IMG/VR virus record: IMGVR_UViG_3300030012_002328 | Location: 1-56,931 of that record | DNA from: a virus | Lineage: Duplodnaviria > Caudoviricetes | DNA length: 56,931 nucleotides | Reading direction: 5' to 3' (one strand) | In this document: piece after piece, positions 9,762-19,928 of the stretch | How the letters are laid out: every line of letters starts with the position of its first letter | Position numbering within the stretch: position 1 is the first letter of the stretch | Notes under the pieces: model-generated | Seen by the model: the letters and a program-made list of their open reading frames with translations, nothing else | Database searches by the model: none | Told to the model about the DNA's origin: nothing | Position numbers and translations under genes: made by a program

Positions 9762-10323
9762 CGGTTTCTTCCTTACCAATCTGTAATATCTTATCATACC
9801 ACGCCTTGCGCTTTTTGTAATCTGGGATAAACATCTCTGGGTCTCTTTTCATAAGAACAGTCGCAGCACGTCCCACAACTAATCGGCCATTTACAGCCAT
9901 CGGGCATGGTGTCCCAGAATCGAACATTGCTTTCCATGTCTCCAGCGATTGACACAAACGCGCCACCGCTGCGATGGACATGCCTTGTTCTTTGAGTGCT
10001 TTGGAGTCTCGTCGTCGATTACACTCTTCGTCTTGCTTATACCCGCCTAGCGACAGGCCAAGCACGTTTACTTGAACACCCATACCACGTCCGATCAGAC
10101 ATGACTCGGTGCCGCCCGACGGTGCGCTGGGCGATACCGCCGTTGGCGGTGGGGTAACGTCAGAAGCTGCGCCAGCACCGTTGTAATTATTGGTGGTCGA
10201 TGTTGACGGGTTGTTGCTGCTTACCGTGCTGTTTATGTTGCTTGTGTTAAGATCGCCTGTCTGTTCGTTTTGCGCCAGAACTGGTGAGGACACAAGCAAC
10301 AAAACGAAAAGCAATCGTTTCAT
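9691..10323 (-). CDS. Exported Cys-containing protein with signal peptide
   Basis: MKRLLFVLLLVSSPVLA signal, Ser/Thr/Asn linker, four Cys. Confidence 0.8.
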   Translation of the reverse strand: MKRLLFVLLLVSSPVLAQNEQTGDLNTSNINSTVSSNNPSTSTTNNYNGAGAASDVTPPPTAVSPSAPSGGTESCLIGRGMGVQVNVLGLSLGGYKQDEECNRRRDSKALKEQGMSIAAVARLCQSLETWKAMFDSGTPCPMAVNGRLVVGRAATVLMKRDPEMFIPDYKKRKAWYDKILQIGKEETDEEGSDSNLSISERFRSTLRDDD

Positions 10324-10360
10324 TACACTATCCTTTGGCGAGTACCTAACTCGTTGGAGG

Positions 10361-10370
10361 ATTATAACAT
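10361..10370 (-). promoter_or_regulatory. Extended -10 promoter for the exported-protein cassette
   Basis: TGTTATAAT about 40 nt upstream of the 10323 start. Confidence 0.5.
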
Positions 10371-10374
10371 AATT

Positions 10375-10725
10375 TTAGTTTGGTTTCTCGTTCGTTACGT
10401 CCATGAACAAGAGCTCTGGGTCCGGTGCTTCGTCGTCTCGTGAGAGAACTTGGATACGTTGAACTGTTGTAGGCTTTTCGTTGTCTTCTTCTTCAGTAAG
10501 CTTACGAGCAAAGGACATCCAAGCCGTCATGGATGCAGACACTGCTTCTGACATAACAAGAGGATCGCTGCAGAACAGCAAGGAACGGATACCGTAATTT
10601 ACCAAGACGGTAGAAAGCTCTGTTTGTATTTCTGGAAACGAGTCTTTGTAGGCTTCGAACAGATCGTCCAAATCCTTAACAAGTTCCTGTTCGGCTTCGA
10701 GCCGTTCTCTTGCATCTTCAGTCAT
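10375..10725 (-). CDS. Hypothetical acidic protein
   Basis: 116 aa ORF; TAGACT six nt before ATG suggests a possible leaderless transcript. Confidence 0.7.
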   Translation of the reverse strand: MTEDARERLEAEQELVKDLDDLFEAYKDSFPEIQTELSTVLVNYGIRSLLFCSDPLVMSEAVSASMTAWMSFARKLTEEEDNEKPTTVQRIQVLSRDDEAPDPELLFMDVTNEKPN

Positions 10726-10783
10726 GCTTACAGTCTACGTCTTGTTCAGCGCACACCACAACCCTTGAATATATGAGATAAAG

Positions 10784-10846
10784 TGGTGGGACCAAAAAGA
10801 GGGAGGAAAGGAGGTCAGTTGCGTAACCAAGTATCGGCCCCACCAT
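10784..10846 (-). ncRNA. Candidate small RNA with anti-Shine-Dalgarno loop
   Basis: TATAAT at 10857-10852; 12-bp closing stem with two G-U pairs on the minus strand; loop contains ACCUCCUUUCCUCCC. Confidence 0.55.
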
Positions 10847-10863
10847 CTAAAATTATATACAAA

Positions 10864-11295
10864 TCACCCATAAAGTAAAGGACGAATCGCCTTTTCCCAC
10901 GTCTCTTGTGTGATTCTGTAGTCCTCGAAAAGGTGCGCTCTCACTTTGTGTGTTTTCTTTTTAATCAACTGCTTGGCTGGGTAGAACATAATTGACCCAT
11001 CATCAAGACCAACACAGGCAATGATATCAATCTCGTGTTCTTCGAACCGCCGCTTGACCTTTGAGCCGCGACAGACGTTGAAGCCGTAATAAGGTTTAGG
11101 ATTTTCGTATCGTGAGTCGTAAGTTCGATGAGCGGTCTTAACCTGAATACGAAGAACAACATCGTCATTAATAATCGCCACGATATCCGTAGCACCAAGA
11201 TTCACGATCCGGCAAGGAACGCCCATTTCAAGGAGTCGGTAGTGGCAGAGGGCCTCACCGATGTCTCCAGTGTGGATCTCGGTGGAGCTTGTCAT
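10864..11295 (-). CDS. PD-(D/E)XK endonuclease (free-standing, homing-like)
   Basis: GDIGE...DIV...RIQVKT signature. Confidence 0.75.
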   Translation of the reverse strand: MTSSTEIHTGDIGEALCHYRLLEMGVPCRIVNLGATDIVAIINDDVVLRIQVKTAHRTYDSRYENPKPYYGFNVCRGSKVKRRFEEHEIDIIACVGLDDGSIMFYPAKQLIKKKTHKVRAHLFEDYRITQETWEKAIRPLLYG

Positions 11296-11298
11296 TGT

Positions 11299-11751
11299 TT
11301 AGATGAGGCCCGGTTCGTAACTGCTGCCGTCGTATCGTAGGACTTGTCCACGATTGTCATCATCGGCGCGGACGCTGCAATGCACCCAGCCGCTTTGCGG
11401 ATCTTCCGGATCATAGAACTCTAGGATCAGTTGATCGAACTCAAGGTTCTGGCTGATCCAAGCTGCGAGTTCATAGTTTGACACACCGGGTACCTCGAAG
11501 TCTGCGGCTTGACCCCTGGCATGTTGACTACGCTTGCTGCTGCCGATTGCTTCGCACAACGCTTCAGAGCGATAACCTGATGACGGGCTGAAGCTGCGTC
11601 CAAAGTGGGTTCGTACCGGTTCTAATATCTCAGTACACAGGACGCACAGATTGTTGATGTGGTCTTCTGTTGGTGCGTTGTCGATTCCCAGACGTAGTGC
11701 AGTTTGGCTCTTCGTCATTTCTCGAAGAGTGAAATGCTGTGATAGTCTCAT
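11299..11751 (-). CDS. Endolysin, peptidase M15A family
   Basis: SSGYRS, SQH-x6-D (SQHARGQAAD), WVHCS. Confidence 0.9.
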   Translation of the reverse strand: MRLSQHFTLREMTKSQTALRLGIDNAPTEDHINNLCVLCTEILEPVRTHFGRSFSPSSGYRSEALCEAIGSSKRSQHARGQAADFEVPGVSNYELAAWISQNLEFDQLILEFYDPEDPQSGWVHCSVRADDDNRGQVLRYDGSSYEPGLI

Positions 11752-14700
11752 TAAGAACGCCCCCTCAGACGATTAGCAAGTTCCAAGTTTCGAGCCACTT
11801 CCATCGGATTGTCTCCCAAAAGACTCGGATTAACTGGCTGCTGTGCAGCCGCTACAGGTGTAACGGTACTAGGTATCGGTGCGCTAGGCAACTGTGCAGC
11901 CGCGATATTTACAGGTTCTTCAGTAACTTGAGGCATTATACTTGATTGAGGTTCAACAACTGGAGCTTCGTCAGGGAAGAAGAACTCGTACGGCGGAAAC
12001 GGTTCATCCAAAGGAAGCCTATTAGAGTTGCGACGGCTCAACTTGTTGAGGTCGCTGAGAGCACGGCGCATATCACGAACAGTGAGTAGCTCTCTGTTGG
12101 GGTCTTGCTCAAGCTCGGAGTAAAACTTTTTAAGAGCCGGATCGTTTCTGATTTGCCTGCGTACATCAATTAGGAACCTGTCAGAAACACGAGCAAAGTC
12201 AAAGCGGCCTTTCATCAAAGCGTTTGAATCTCGTTTAGTCACGTTACTCTCTCTGAGTTCCCTTCGTATCTCGCTGCGAGACAACCCGGTTTTTTCTCCC
12301 CGCTGCATTGTGAGATACAACTCTTGCGCGTTTGCAAACTGCTCTTGCTGGGAGTCATACCACTGACGGCGAAGACGAGGCAGTGTTGTGTCCGCTTTGC
12401 GTCGCTCCGCGTTAAACTCACCCAGCGGTCCAGCGGTTCTAGCACGAGCATATGCCAGAGAATCAAACTGCAACGCTCTTTTGTTGTCCGCTACGATGCT
12501 GCGAGCACCAGCACCCAAAGCTCCGATTTCGGCAGCGGGGTCAAGAATCTGACGGCCAGAAGTGGGTTCCCCTTGAACCGCTTTTAGGACACGACCTTTT
12601 TTGAGTTTTGGGTCAATAAACACATCTCCTAACGTCTTGGTTTGGGAGGGGTCAAACTCGTAGAAAATGTCAGTCCCTGCAGGGGTCAACGCACCCATCA
12701 GGTGGGAGATAGATTTAGCCAGCTTTTCTTCTGCGTCGTCAGCATCAAAACGTCCGTCGATACTAGGTTGTTCCCGATAAATCAACCTACCTGTCTTGGT
12801 CCTACCAGCACGAGCAAACGGAGCAACGTCTGCAATACGTTCGTACAAAAGAGATTCGTCCGTGAAGGGCTGAAGAAACTTGCCCATGCCGTCAACAGTT
12901 GCACCAAAAATGTTGGAGAAGTAGTCCTCCCCAAGACGTTCTCCTTTTGCGTAAGCCTGCATAGCAACTCCGACTGAAGAACCAATGCTGTCGTACGGGT
13001 TGTAGTATGCAATAGGCATGTACTCAACTTTGCCGTCTTTTGGTTTGGACAACGGAACAACTATCTGACCCTCGTAGAAAGAACTTTTACTGTCTTGGAC
13101 AGCTTGCATCTCTTCGTCTGTTAGGCCCAGCAAAGCAGCAGCACCGCCAGCAATCATGCCAGACGACATAAAAGCGGTTGTGTAGAGCCCAGTTGCACGT
13201 TTCGCGCCGATAGCATTTACTTCACGAGCGAGAGTGTTTGCCGCACGTTCGCCGACTTCCATAATCATGGACTCATCAAGACCTTTAGCAGCAACAATTC
13301 GCCGACCTAGTTTCTCTGCAATCTCGGGTGTTGCACGGAAGTTGATCTCACGACCCGCACGAGCCATTATGTTATTACTGTTTCGAATAATCTCTGACAT
13401 AAAGCCTACAAAGTTACCCATGACAGGAAAACGAATAACAGCACGACCCGCAGTCGGAATCTTAAAGTAAGACGGGTAGTTGTCTGTAATCGTGTCAGCC
13501 GTCCATGTGTCAAAGAAGTTATCACCTTCAGAAGAACGTGTCCTTTTAGCTAGACCTTGAGCCACAAAATCATCTGCCAAATCATCCCAAATATCAGAGG
13601 TGACAGCAAAGCCGGGTCCTGCCGTACGACCAGTCTGATCTGGTACAGCATCGATCATTGCGGAGCGCATTGCACCGTCAAGGCGAGCACGTTCCGCATT
13701 CCAGCCAGCCAGCTTGTAGAAGCTGTCACCAAATTGTTGGATAGCTTGAGGTATACGGTAAGGAAGCTTGGCTATATCTTTTGCTTTTTGTCCGACTAAC
13801 ACACCACCCTGACCCAGACGTTCTTTGACACGACGGTTAAAAATCTGGAGTGGGCCGGTGGTTGGTTTGACTGCAGCTTCAGTCAAGGTCCCACGAGCAA
13901 GTTCAGCAATTTCGTTTGCTCGAACGCTTTGATCTACAACACCCAAACGTTGTCCTTTGAGAAGAAACTCTTCAGCAGCCTCTTGATTGGCACTTCCTAC
14001 TTTGCCCAGCAGGATACCAAGACTATCGAACAAGTCTCCACCTCGAGGGATGTGTCCGTTGGCAGTCATGAAAAAACCACCACCAAAAGTGTTACGCGCA
14101 AGAGCCACTGGGTTCAGTGTTACGACAGCTTGTTGCAGGTATGATTTAGTACGAACACCAGCCGAAGCCAACATACCCATCGCCCCACGGTTGTAGGGCA
14201 GATTAGTCAGAGCATCGAACAACTCTTTCCTTACGTAGTGACCAGACAAAGCACCAAACTCACCACCAAAAATACTATTGGTGTTAGCAGGCACAGCAAC
14301 ATAGTCGTCCATAAAAGATTTGAAGCTCCGATCTCCAGCCTGACCCGCAAGACTTGCAGCTTCTTCGGCGCGAACAATCATTGGGCGAACAGCAGTGCCG
14401 TTGATTATGTCGTCTGCTGTAGCAGTAAGACCGGGTGTGTCCATTAGTCCTTGATACAGTTTTGTGGATTCGTTGAGTTTTACCAACGTCATCATCGTAT
14501 CGAAGTAACGTGCTTCCGCACCCAGCTTAGTCCCTTTGGTTTCACCCATGAGCTCACGAAGCAGTGGAGAGTTATCAATAATCTGACTCCGGCCTTTCAA
14601 CGCGCCTTCTCTGACGGCGACTCGAGCTTGAGGTTCCGCGAAGGGATTTAGAAAACTTCCCTCAAGCTTCGTACGCAGTTTGCTTTTGTTTGCTTCAACA

Positions 14701-16373
14701 AACGGGGCTAAAGCTTCTTCTGGTGCTTCATCTGCTTCTGCCACACGTTTTCGAACATTGTCGTAAACAAACTTAATCGCAGCTTCCCTGCGCTGACGCG
14801 CTGACAAAGTAGCATACTCGCCGCCCATACCTTCCATGAGATTTTCAACTTCTTGTACAGCCAGCTTAAACTTCTTGGGCAGGGTTCCCTGCTTCTCTAG
14901 TTGATCGAACTGTTTAATAGTCTGCTCGATATCAATTTCGTTTGCTCCGATATTACGTTGGAACACGCGGCGCAGATATTTGCCCTCGTTCTCTTTGAAC
15001 GTCTTAACAGCAGACGCGTAAAGCTCACGTGCTTGTGTGCCTTCGCCGAACTCTCCGTTCTTAAACATCTGGTCCATTCTGTCATGGACTGCTTGCGAAA
15101 AATTGTTCCGAAGCTCGGCCATTCTTTCAGCCGACTTTTGTACTTGTTTTGGATACGCAGTCATCGCATCTGCGTCTCCTTCCAAATATCGAACAAGATC
15201 GTCGTATGCTTGGTTATAGCCTTCTTTACCTTTACCAAAGAGCGGGGACATGCGGCCAAAGTACCGAACAAGCTCGTTGTGGTAGTTGCCCATCAGTTTG
15301 AGCGTAAACTTTTCGTACGCGCCAATGCTGTTTACAGTGTCGTCAATGTTTCGAGCCACTTCTACAGGCAGTCCTTTGGCTGAAGTAAAGTAGCGTTGAC
15401 CAAACTCTTTGGCTCCTCCGCCAAACGTTTTCAGAGCATCAGGGGTTGCTGCTTTAAGTTTCTGCGACAGAACATCAAACCCCGAGTTCACAACGTTTCC
15501 AAATCGTTGACCCGCAACTTCAACATCAGCGGCTTTCTGTACGCCGTAGCTAATTCCTTTGCCAGTAGCTCCCACCGCCGCAGCAGCAACGGGGAAAGCA
15601 ATGTCTCCGACTGCAACACCAAGTAAAGTCGACTCGGTGCCGATTTTGAGTTTGTTTTTAACGTCTTGAACAACGCGTTCTCGACCTTGTAACGTCGTGT
15701 CTTGCTCAGTACGAAGAATCTCGGGCAGCACATCAAAACTGTCTGATAATGTTGCAGTTCCGCTAGGTGCCACAACAGCATCGGAAAGGCCAACGGCTAG
15801 ACTAGTAGCAGCCCCCGCTTGAAATTTACCAGCAGCACGAGCAGCCCTGCTCCCGCTTTGCGCGTATGTTGGAGCCAACAAAGCTTGCCCTGTTTTGCTT
15901 TTACCAAAATTCTGAGCGGCTCTGAACGTGGCGGTTGCTGCTTCCGGAACTGTGGCACCTGCACGAGCAGCGGTTGCTGCCTTACTTGCGGTTCCCATCC
16001 ACCCCACAACTGGAATAGCTGCAGCAACAAATGTAGAAATTGTCTCAGCTACTTGACCAGCGTTGGTTTCTGGTTGAAGACCCGAGGTGTCTCTAAGTTT
16101 TTCGAATGCCTCATCTACATCTTGCGTAAAATCAGTATCAAAAGCAAAGTCCACAGCTAGTGTGGGTAGAGTAATTAGTCCTTGCGGAACACCCAAAACA
16201 CCAGACCCAACACCACGCATGATGTCGCCGAGTTGAGAGCCCTCGTATTCTTCTTGAGCGTCTTCAATCTCTGGATTAATTGTAACGGCAGGCTTGGGTG
16301 TACTCATCATTTGCTGAGTACGCGGTGATATTGGTACAACGTTGCCGTCCGCGTCGAAAGTGAAATTTGACAT
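11751..16373 (-). CDS. Large internal virion (ejection) protein
   Basis: 1540 aa, helical and Ala/Gly-rich, last of four genes after the tail module as in podoviruses. Confidence 0.7.
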   Translation of the reverse strand: MSNFTFDADGNVVPISPRTQQMMSTPKPAVTINPEIEDAQEEYEGSQLGDIMRGVGSGVLGVPQGLITLPTLAVDFAFDTDFTQDVDEAFEKLRDTSGLQPETNAGQVAETISTFVAAAIPVVGWMGTASKAATAARAGATVPEAATATFRAAQNFGKSKTGQALLAPTYAQSGSRAARAAGKFQAGAATSLAVGLSDAVVAPSGTATLSDSFDVLPEILRTEQDTTLQGRERVVQDVKNKLKIGTESTLLGVAVGDIAFPVAAAAVGATGKGISYGVQKAADVEVAGQRFGNVVNSGFDVLSQKLKAATPDALKTFGGGAKEFGQRYFTSAKGLPVEVARNIDDTVNSIGAYEKFTLKLMGNYHNELVRYFGRMSPLFGKGKEGYNQAYDDLVRYLEGDADAMTAYPKQVQKSAERMAELRNNFSQAVHDRMDQMFKNGEFGEGTQARELYASAVKTFKENEGKYLRRVFQRNIGANEIDIEQTIKQFDQLEKQGTLPKKFKLAVQEVENLMEGMGGEYATLSARQRREAAIKFVYDNVRKRVAEADEAPEEALAPFVEANKSKLRTKLEGSFLNPFAEPQARVAVREGALKGRSQIIDNSPLLRELMGETKGTKLGAEARYFDTMMTLVKLNESTKLYQGLMDTPGLTATADDIINGTAVRPMIVRAEEAASLAGQAGDRSFKSFMDDYVAVPANTNSIFGGEFGALSGHYVRKELFDALTNLPYNRGAMGMLASAGVRTKSYLQQAVVTLNPVALARNTFGGGFFMTANGHIPRGGDLFDSLGILLGKVGSANQEAAEEFLLKGQRLGVVDQSVRANEIAELARGTLTEAAVKPTTGPLQIFNRRVKERLGQGGVLVGQKAKDIAKLPYRIPQAIQQFGDSFYKLAGWNAERARLDGAMRSAMIDAVPDQTGRTAGPGFAVTSDIWDDLADDFVAQGLAKRTRSSEGDNFFDTWTADTITDNYPSYFKIPTAGRAVIRFPVMGNFVGFMSEIIRNSNNIMARAGREINFRATPEIAEKLGRRIVAAKGLDESMIMEVGERAANTLAREVNAIGAKRATGLYTTAFMSSGMIAGGAAALLGLTDEEMQAVQDSKSSFYEGQIVVPLSKPKDGKVEYMPIAYYNPYDSIGSSVGVAMQAYAKGERLGEDYFSNIFGATVDGMGKFLQPFTDESLLYERIADVAPFARAGRTKTGRLIYREQPSIDGRFDADDAEEKLAKSISHLMGALTPAGTDIFYEFDPSQTKTLGDVFIDPKLKKGRVLKAVQGEPTSGRQILDPAAEIGALGAGARSIVADNKRALQFDSLAYARARTAGPLGEFNAERRKADTTLPRLRRQWYDSQQEQFANAQELYLTMQRGEKTGLSRSEIRRELRESNVTKRDSNALMKGRFDFARVSDRFLIDVRRQIRNDPALKKFYSELEQDPNRELLTVRDMRRALSDLNKLSRRNSNRLPLDEPFPPYEFFFPDEAPVVEPQSSIMPQVTEEPVNIAAAQLPSAPIPSTVTPVAAAQQPVNPSLLGDNPMEVARNLELANRLRGRS

Positions 16374-16384
16374 CGAGCGACCTC

Positions 16385-17317
16385 CTAGTTGACACGAACT
16401 CCATAGACATTAAACAATGCCCCTGTTTCGGGGTCAAGGAACTCAGCGTCGATACCGCTTGTGTTAGGTCTAAGCTGTAAACCACTTGCCTGTGCAGCCT
16501 TGATAGCTTCCGCCGCAAATTGCTCTGAGTTGTTTTCAGGATCAATCTTCAAGCCTAGCCGTGTCATCTTCTCGGGGAACGGTATGTTTTCGCTGCTGAC
16601 TAAAGTTCCAAGACGCTCGTCTACTCCACTAGTTTCCCTGACCAAGGATTTTTCAAAACGTTCGCTGTCAACTTTATCGAGGCCAGCAACAAACGAACCG
16701 ATGTCTGAGTAAGACTCGCCTTTGTACAGAATTTGACCTGAATCTGGATCAACAGTGGCTCCTACAGCAGCCAACGACTTGATCATTGGTTTTACAACCT
16801 CAGTACGACGTTTAACAGACGCTAGTTCAATGTTTCTTTTTTCTTTTTCCTTCGCGTCTTTCAACTGAGCTATAGCCAGTTCGTTAGCGAAGTTTGTCTG
16901 ACGGCGTTTACCAACTTGCCCAAGTTGTTGAGTCAAACCTTCGATGACGTTCGTTGCGGTGTCGTCGCTTTTACCAGCAGCAATACGCAAACCCAGTTGC
17001 ATTAAGTCTAGATTACGCTGGCTTTGAGCCATCGCAGGATCCGAGATCCCAGTTGCGCGTTGATAGAACCCACCAAAACCGGGGATAGGCTCGTATTGTC
17101 CATCAGCAGTTTCCCTGTATCCAGCGGGTGCGCGGCCAAGCAGTGTGGCTAAACCACCAAGACTAAAATTTTGCACCGGTTGCGGTTGCACTGGTTGCGG
17201 CATACTGTTTTGAACTTCTTGTGCCAACTCAGGAGACGAAGCCAAGATACCGATAGCCTGACGAGCCAGACCCGGTTTACGAAACATTTTACGGTGTTGA
17301 CCTTTGATGTTGGGCAT
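16385..17317 (-). CDS. Putative internal virion protein
   Basis: 310 aa; position and Gln/Ala-rich composition. Confidence 0.6.
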   Translation of the reverse strand: MPNIKGQHRKMFRKPGLARQAIGILASSPELAQEVQNSMPQPVQPQPVQNFSLGGLATLLGRAPAGYRETADGQYEPIPGFGGFYQRATGISDPAMAQSQRNLDLMQLGLRIAAGKSDDTATNVIEGLTQQLGQVGKRRQTNFANELAIAQLKDAKEKEKRNIELASVKRRTEVVKPMIKSLAAVGATVDPDSGQILYKGESYSDIGSFVAGLDKVDSERFEKSLVRETSGVDERLGTLVSSENIPFPEKMTRLGLKIDPENNSEQFAAEAIKAAQASGLQLRPNTSGIDAEFLDPETGALFNVYGVRVN

Positions 17318-17319
17318 AG

Positions 17320-18384
17320 CTACGACCTCGTCTGGAATGGGTTGTAGTTTATACCGCTTGTAGCTCCAAGTCCCGCGATACCCAAACCAATAAGCTGGGA
17401 ACGGCGATCCGGTTGTGTCGAATCAGGCGGCGGTGTCGCCTTCAGTGAGGACTGAACACTAGGTGTGCCGCTCATGATATCAGCCATGAAGCCCACACGT
17501 TTGTAGGGTTCGTACAAACGCTCCAGTTGCGTAGCGCGTTGTGCATCAAATACGGCTTGTTGTTGCTGTTGACCCATAGCACCCAGCCCCTGCAGCGTAG
17601 CAATGTCTTGACCGGCTTGTGCCTGACCTTGTGTTGCAAGCGTCGCGGTCTGACCAGCAGTCTGTCCAAGTAGCCCAGCAATACCGAGGTCGCGGCTACG
17701 AGCAGCTTCGAATGCACCCATACCAGCCTGTTGTGCTTGTTGGAAACCAGCCGAACGAAGACGGGCTGCAGTGTCAGCCATCTGCTGCATCTGACCACGA
17801 TACTGCTCGGCTTGTAAAAGTGCGTCACGGCTACCGCCAAAAGCACCTGCACCAACAGCAGCGTCAGAAAGTTTCTGGCGTTCCATTTCGCCAGCGCGAG
17901 AGATGTCGCGCAAAGATGCGTCGATTACTTCTTGTTGGAACGGGTCCATGAATTGTCGTGTCATGGACGGGTCATACATACCTTCAGCACGAAGACCTTG
18001 ACCTGTTGCAGCGCGAGTGCCAGCCGCCGCTTCATTAAGTAGGGGCTGGTAGCTTCCGATACCTGCTGCGCCTAACTGGATTGCTCGTTGTTGTAGCGGA
18101 TCAAACTGAGCAACTTGTTGCTCGGGTGTCAGGATTGGAGCACCAGCCAAGTCACGAGCAGCGCGGAAAATGTCTTTTTGAAAACCTTCTTGGTACGGAG
18201 CCAAGCGGTTCATTTGTATACCAACTTGCGCCGATTTCGGCAGGTTTTCAAAAGCGGCACCCGCACCTTGATTCAGGTAGTCACCTTCATTTCTTTTAAC
18301 TTCTTCCCGAAGCTGCTTGACTTCCTCCAGCAGCTTGCCAGCAGCATAATCTGGGGCTTCGACGTGTCCTGCTACGTGTGGCAT
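17320..18384 (-). CDS. Putative internal virion (DNA ejection) protein
   Basis: Gln/Ala/Gly-rich, GAGAFGGSR motif, C-terminal hydrophobic GLGIAGLG. Confidence 0.65.
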   Translation of the reverse strand: MPHVAGHVEAPDYAAGKLLEEVKQLREEVKRNEGDYLNQGAGAAFENLPKSAQVGIQMNRLAPYQEGFQKDIFRAARDLAGAPILTPEQQVAQFDPLQQRAIQLGAAGIGSYQPLLNEAAAGTRAATGQGLRAEGMYDPSMTRQFMDPFQQEVIDASLRDISRAGEMERQKLSDAAVGAGAFGGSRDALLQAEQYRGQMQQMADTAARLRSAGFQQAQQAGMGAFEAARSRDLGIAGLLGQTAGQTATLATQGQAQAGQDIATLQGLGAMGQQQQQAVFDAQRATQLERLYEPYKRVGFMADIMSGTPSVQSSLKATPPPDSTQPDRRSQLIGLGIAGLGATSGINYNPFQTRS

Positions 18385-19889
18385 TATGCTCGTCCTTCAA
18401 ACTTGTTCATCATAGCGTACATTTTAGCGGCACCTTTTTTGCGGTCACCGCCACCTGCACCTTTAACTGCGTCTGCTGTCATAACGAACTCACCGTCAGA
18501 CAGGTATGCAGGGATGCTGTCCGAAGTCCCTGTTCCGGGGCCCATGATGTGTCCACCACCAGCCACCGTCATTATACCACTACTTTGCACGTATGGTACA
18601 TCCTGAAACGATTCTGTTTCAGGATTGTAGAAAAGACCTCCTGGTGTGAACTGATCTGATCCACCCGCATCATATCCTGATACGCCAAACATTTGGGCTA
18701 ACTCTTCTTGACTTACCAAGCCGTCGTCCTGTTTGGAGTCGTCCTCCGGCATCAAAAGACCCGCACCAAGCAAACCCGTACTAGCCAACTCACCAAGACT
18801 AGCATTGCGTACTTTATCCAAAGCAAAGCTACCGGCTCGTTCTAACAAACTTTTCTCGGCTTGTTTTCTTGCGGTTGTTGCACCAAGATCACTAATACCA
18901 CCGGTAGGCATACCTTGCATGATTTGCTCTATAATTGAATCCGCCCCACCACTCAGCGAAAGACTAGAGTAATCAACTGGCGGTGAGGCTGGAAGAGGCG
19001 GTAAGCTTGACACCTCTACACCAACTCCGGGAATACCACCGTCTAGAAGTTGACCTGTTTTGCCTCCGAAGGGAATAGCTGTAGAAACTTCGGGACCTGG
19101 AGTAAGCTGCGCTGGTCCAAAACCTGGATCAACGCCGGGAACAGAACCAGTTGTATTTATACCTGCTCGCTCTCTGATCATATCAAGTCCTGTTTGCGCG
19201 TCCGGCGGCATTGCAGCGTTGGCTGCTTGTGCGCTAGGCGGCATAGGACGTGGCTCTGGAGGAGCAACTGAACTAGACGCGGTGCTTGTAGTAGCAGCGG
19301 CAGTGGGAGCAGGAGTGGCTTCAGTAAAGTAACCACCAGATTGCCCCGTTATCTGGTTTGAAATACCTTGTGTGATACCGCCAATAGCAGCACCAGTCGC
19401 ACCGGCTTTCGCTACATCTTTGAGATTACCACCCTTCAAGGCCGTATCTAAAGCAGCAGATGTGCCGAGCAAACCAGCTTTACCAGCCGTCAACGCACCA
19501 ATACCTTTACCCAGCGCACCAAGCATACCGCCCTTTGCAGCAAGGAAAGACCCAACGCCGGGCAGAGCAGCAGCGAGCAGCAGAGGACCGGCTTTCTTTA
19601 CAAACTTTTTGATTTTCTTGAAGGCTTTTTTAAGGAAGCCAAACTCTTGGATGCCTGTGTTTGGGTTAACCGCAACCATGTCACCACCAACAATAAACTG
19701 CTCTGGCTCAAGACCAGTCTCACGAATAGCACTGAATACTTGTTCGCGGACTTCTGGGAAATATTTCATGATTGGAGCAGGAACAATCACCTCACCTTCA
19801 GCTACGTGAGCGATTTGGTCGTCTTCAAACTGACCCATAGCAGCCAGCTTTTTAGCTACGTTTGGTCCCAGTGATTCTATGCCTTGCAT
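18384..19889 (-). CDS. Putative internal virion protein
   Basis: C-terminal GPGTGTSDSIPAYLSDGEFV motif, related N-terminal AHVAEGEVIVP, Gly-rich hydrophobic segments. Confidence 0.65.
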   Translation of the reverse strand: MQGIESLGPNVAKKLAAMGQFEDDQIAHVAEGEVIVPAPIMKYFPEVREQVFSAIRETGLEPEQFIVGGDMVAVNPNTGIQEFGFLKKAFKKIKKFVKKAGPLLLAAALPGVGSFLAAKGGMLGALGKGIGALTAGKAGLLGTSAALDTALKGGNLKDVAKAGATGAAIGGITQGISNQITGQSGGYFTEATPAPTAAATTSTASSSVAPPEPRPMPPSAQAANAAMPPDAQTGLDMIRERAGINTTGSVPGVDPGFGPAQLTPGPEVSTAIPFGGKTGQLLDGGIPGVGVEVSSLPPLPASPPVDYSSLSLSGGADSIIEQIMQGMPTGGISDLGATTARKQAEKSLLERAGSFALDKVRNASLGELASTGLLGAGLLMPEDDSKQDDGLVSQEELAQMFGVSGYDAGGSDQFTPGGLFYNPETESFQDVPYVQSSGIMTVAGGGHIMGPGTGTSDSIPAYLSDGEFVMTADAVKGAGGGDRKKGAAKMYAMMNKFEGRA

Positions 19890-19928
19890 GATTTTATCCT
19901 TTGCTGGCCTATTATAGCCAAAAATACC

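Noticed and set aside
11751-16373. Virion RNA polymerase or tape measure protein
   Set aside because: No recognisable polymerase catalytic motifs by eye and no tail tube or sheath genes; an ejection protein fits better. A structure search would settle it.
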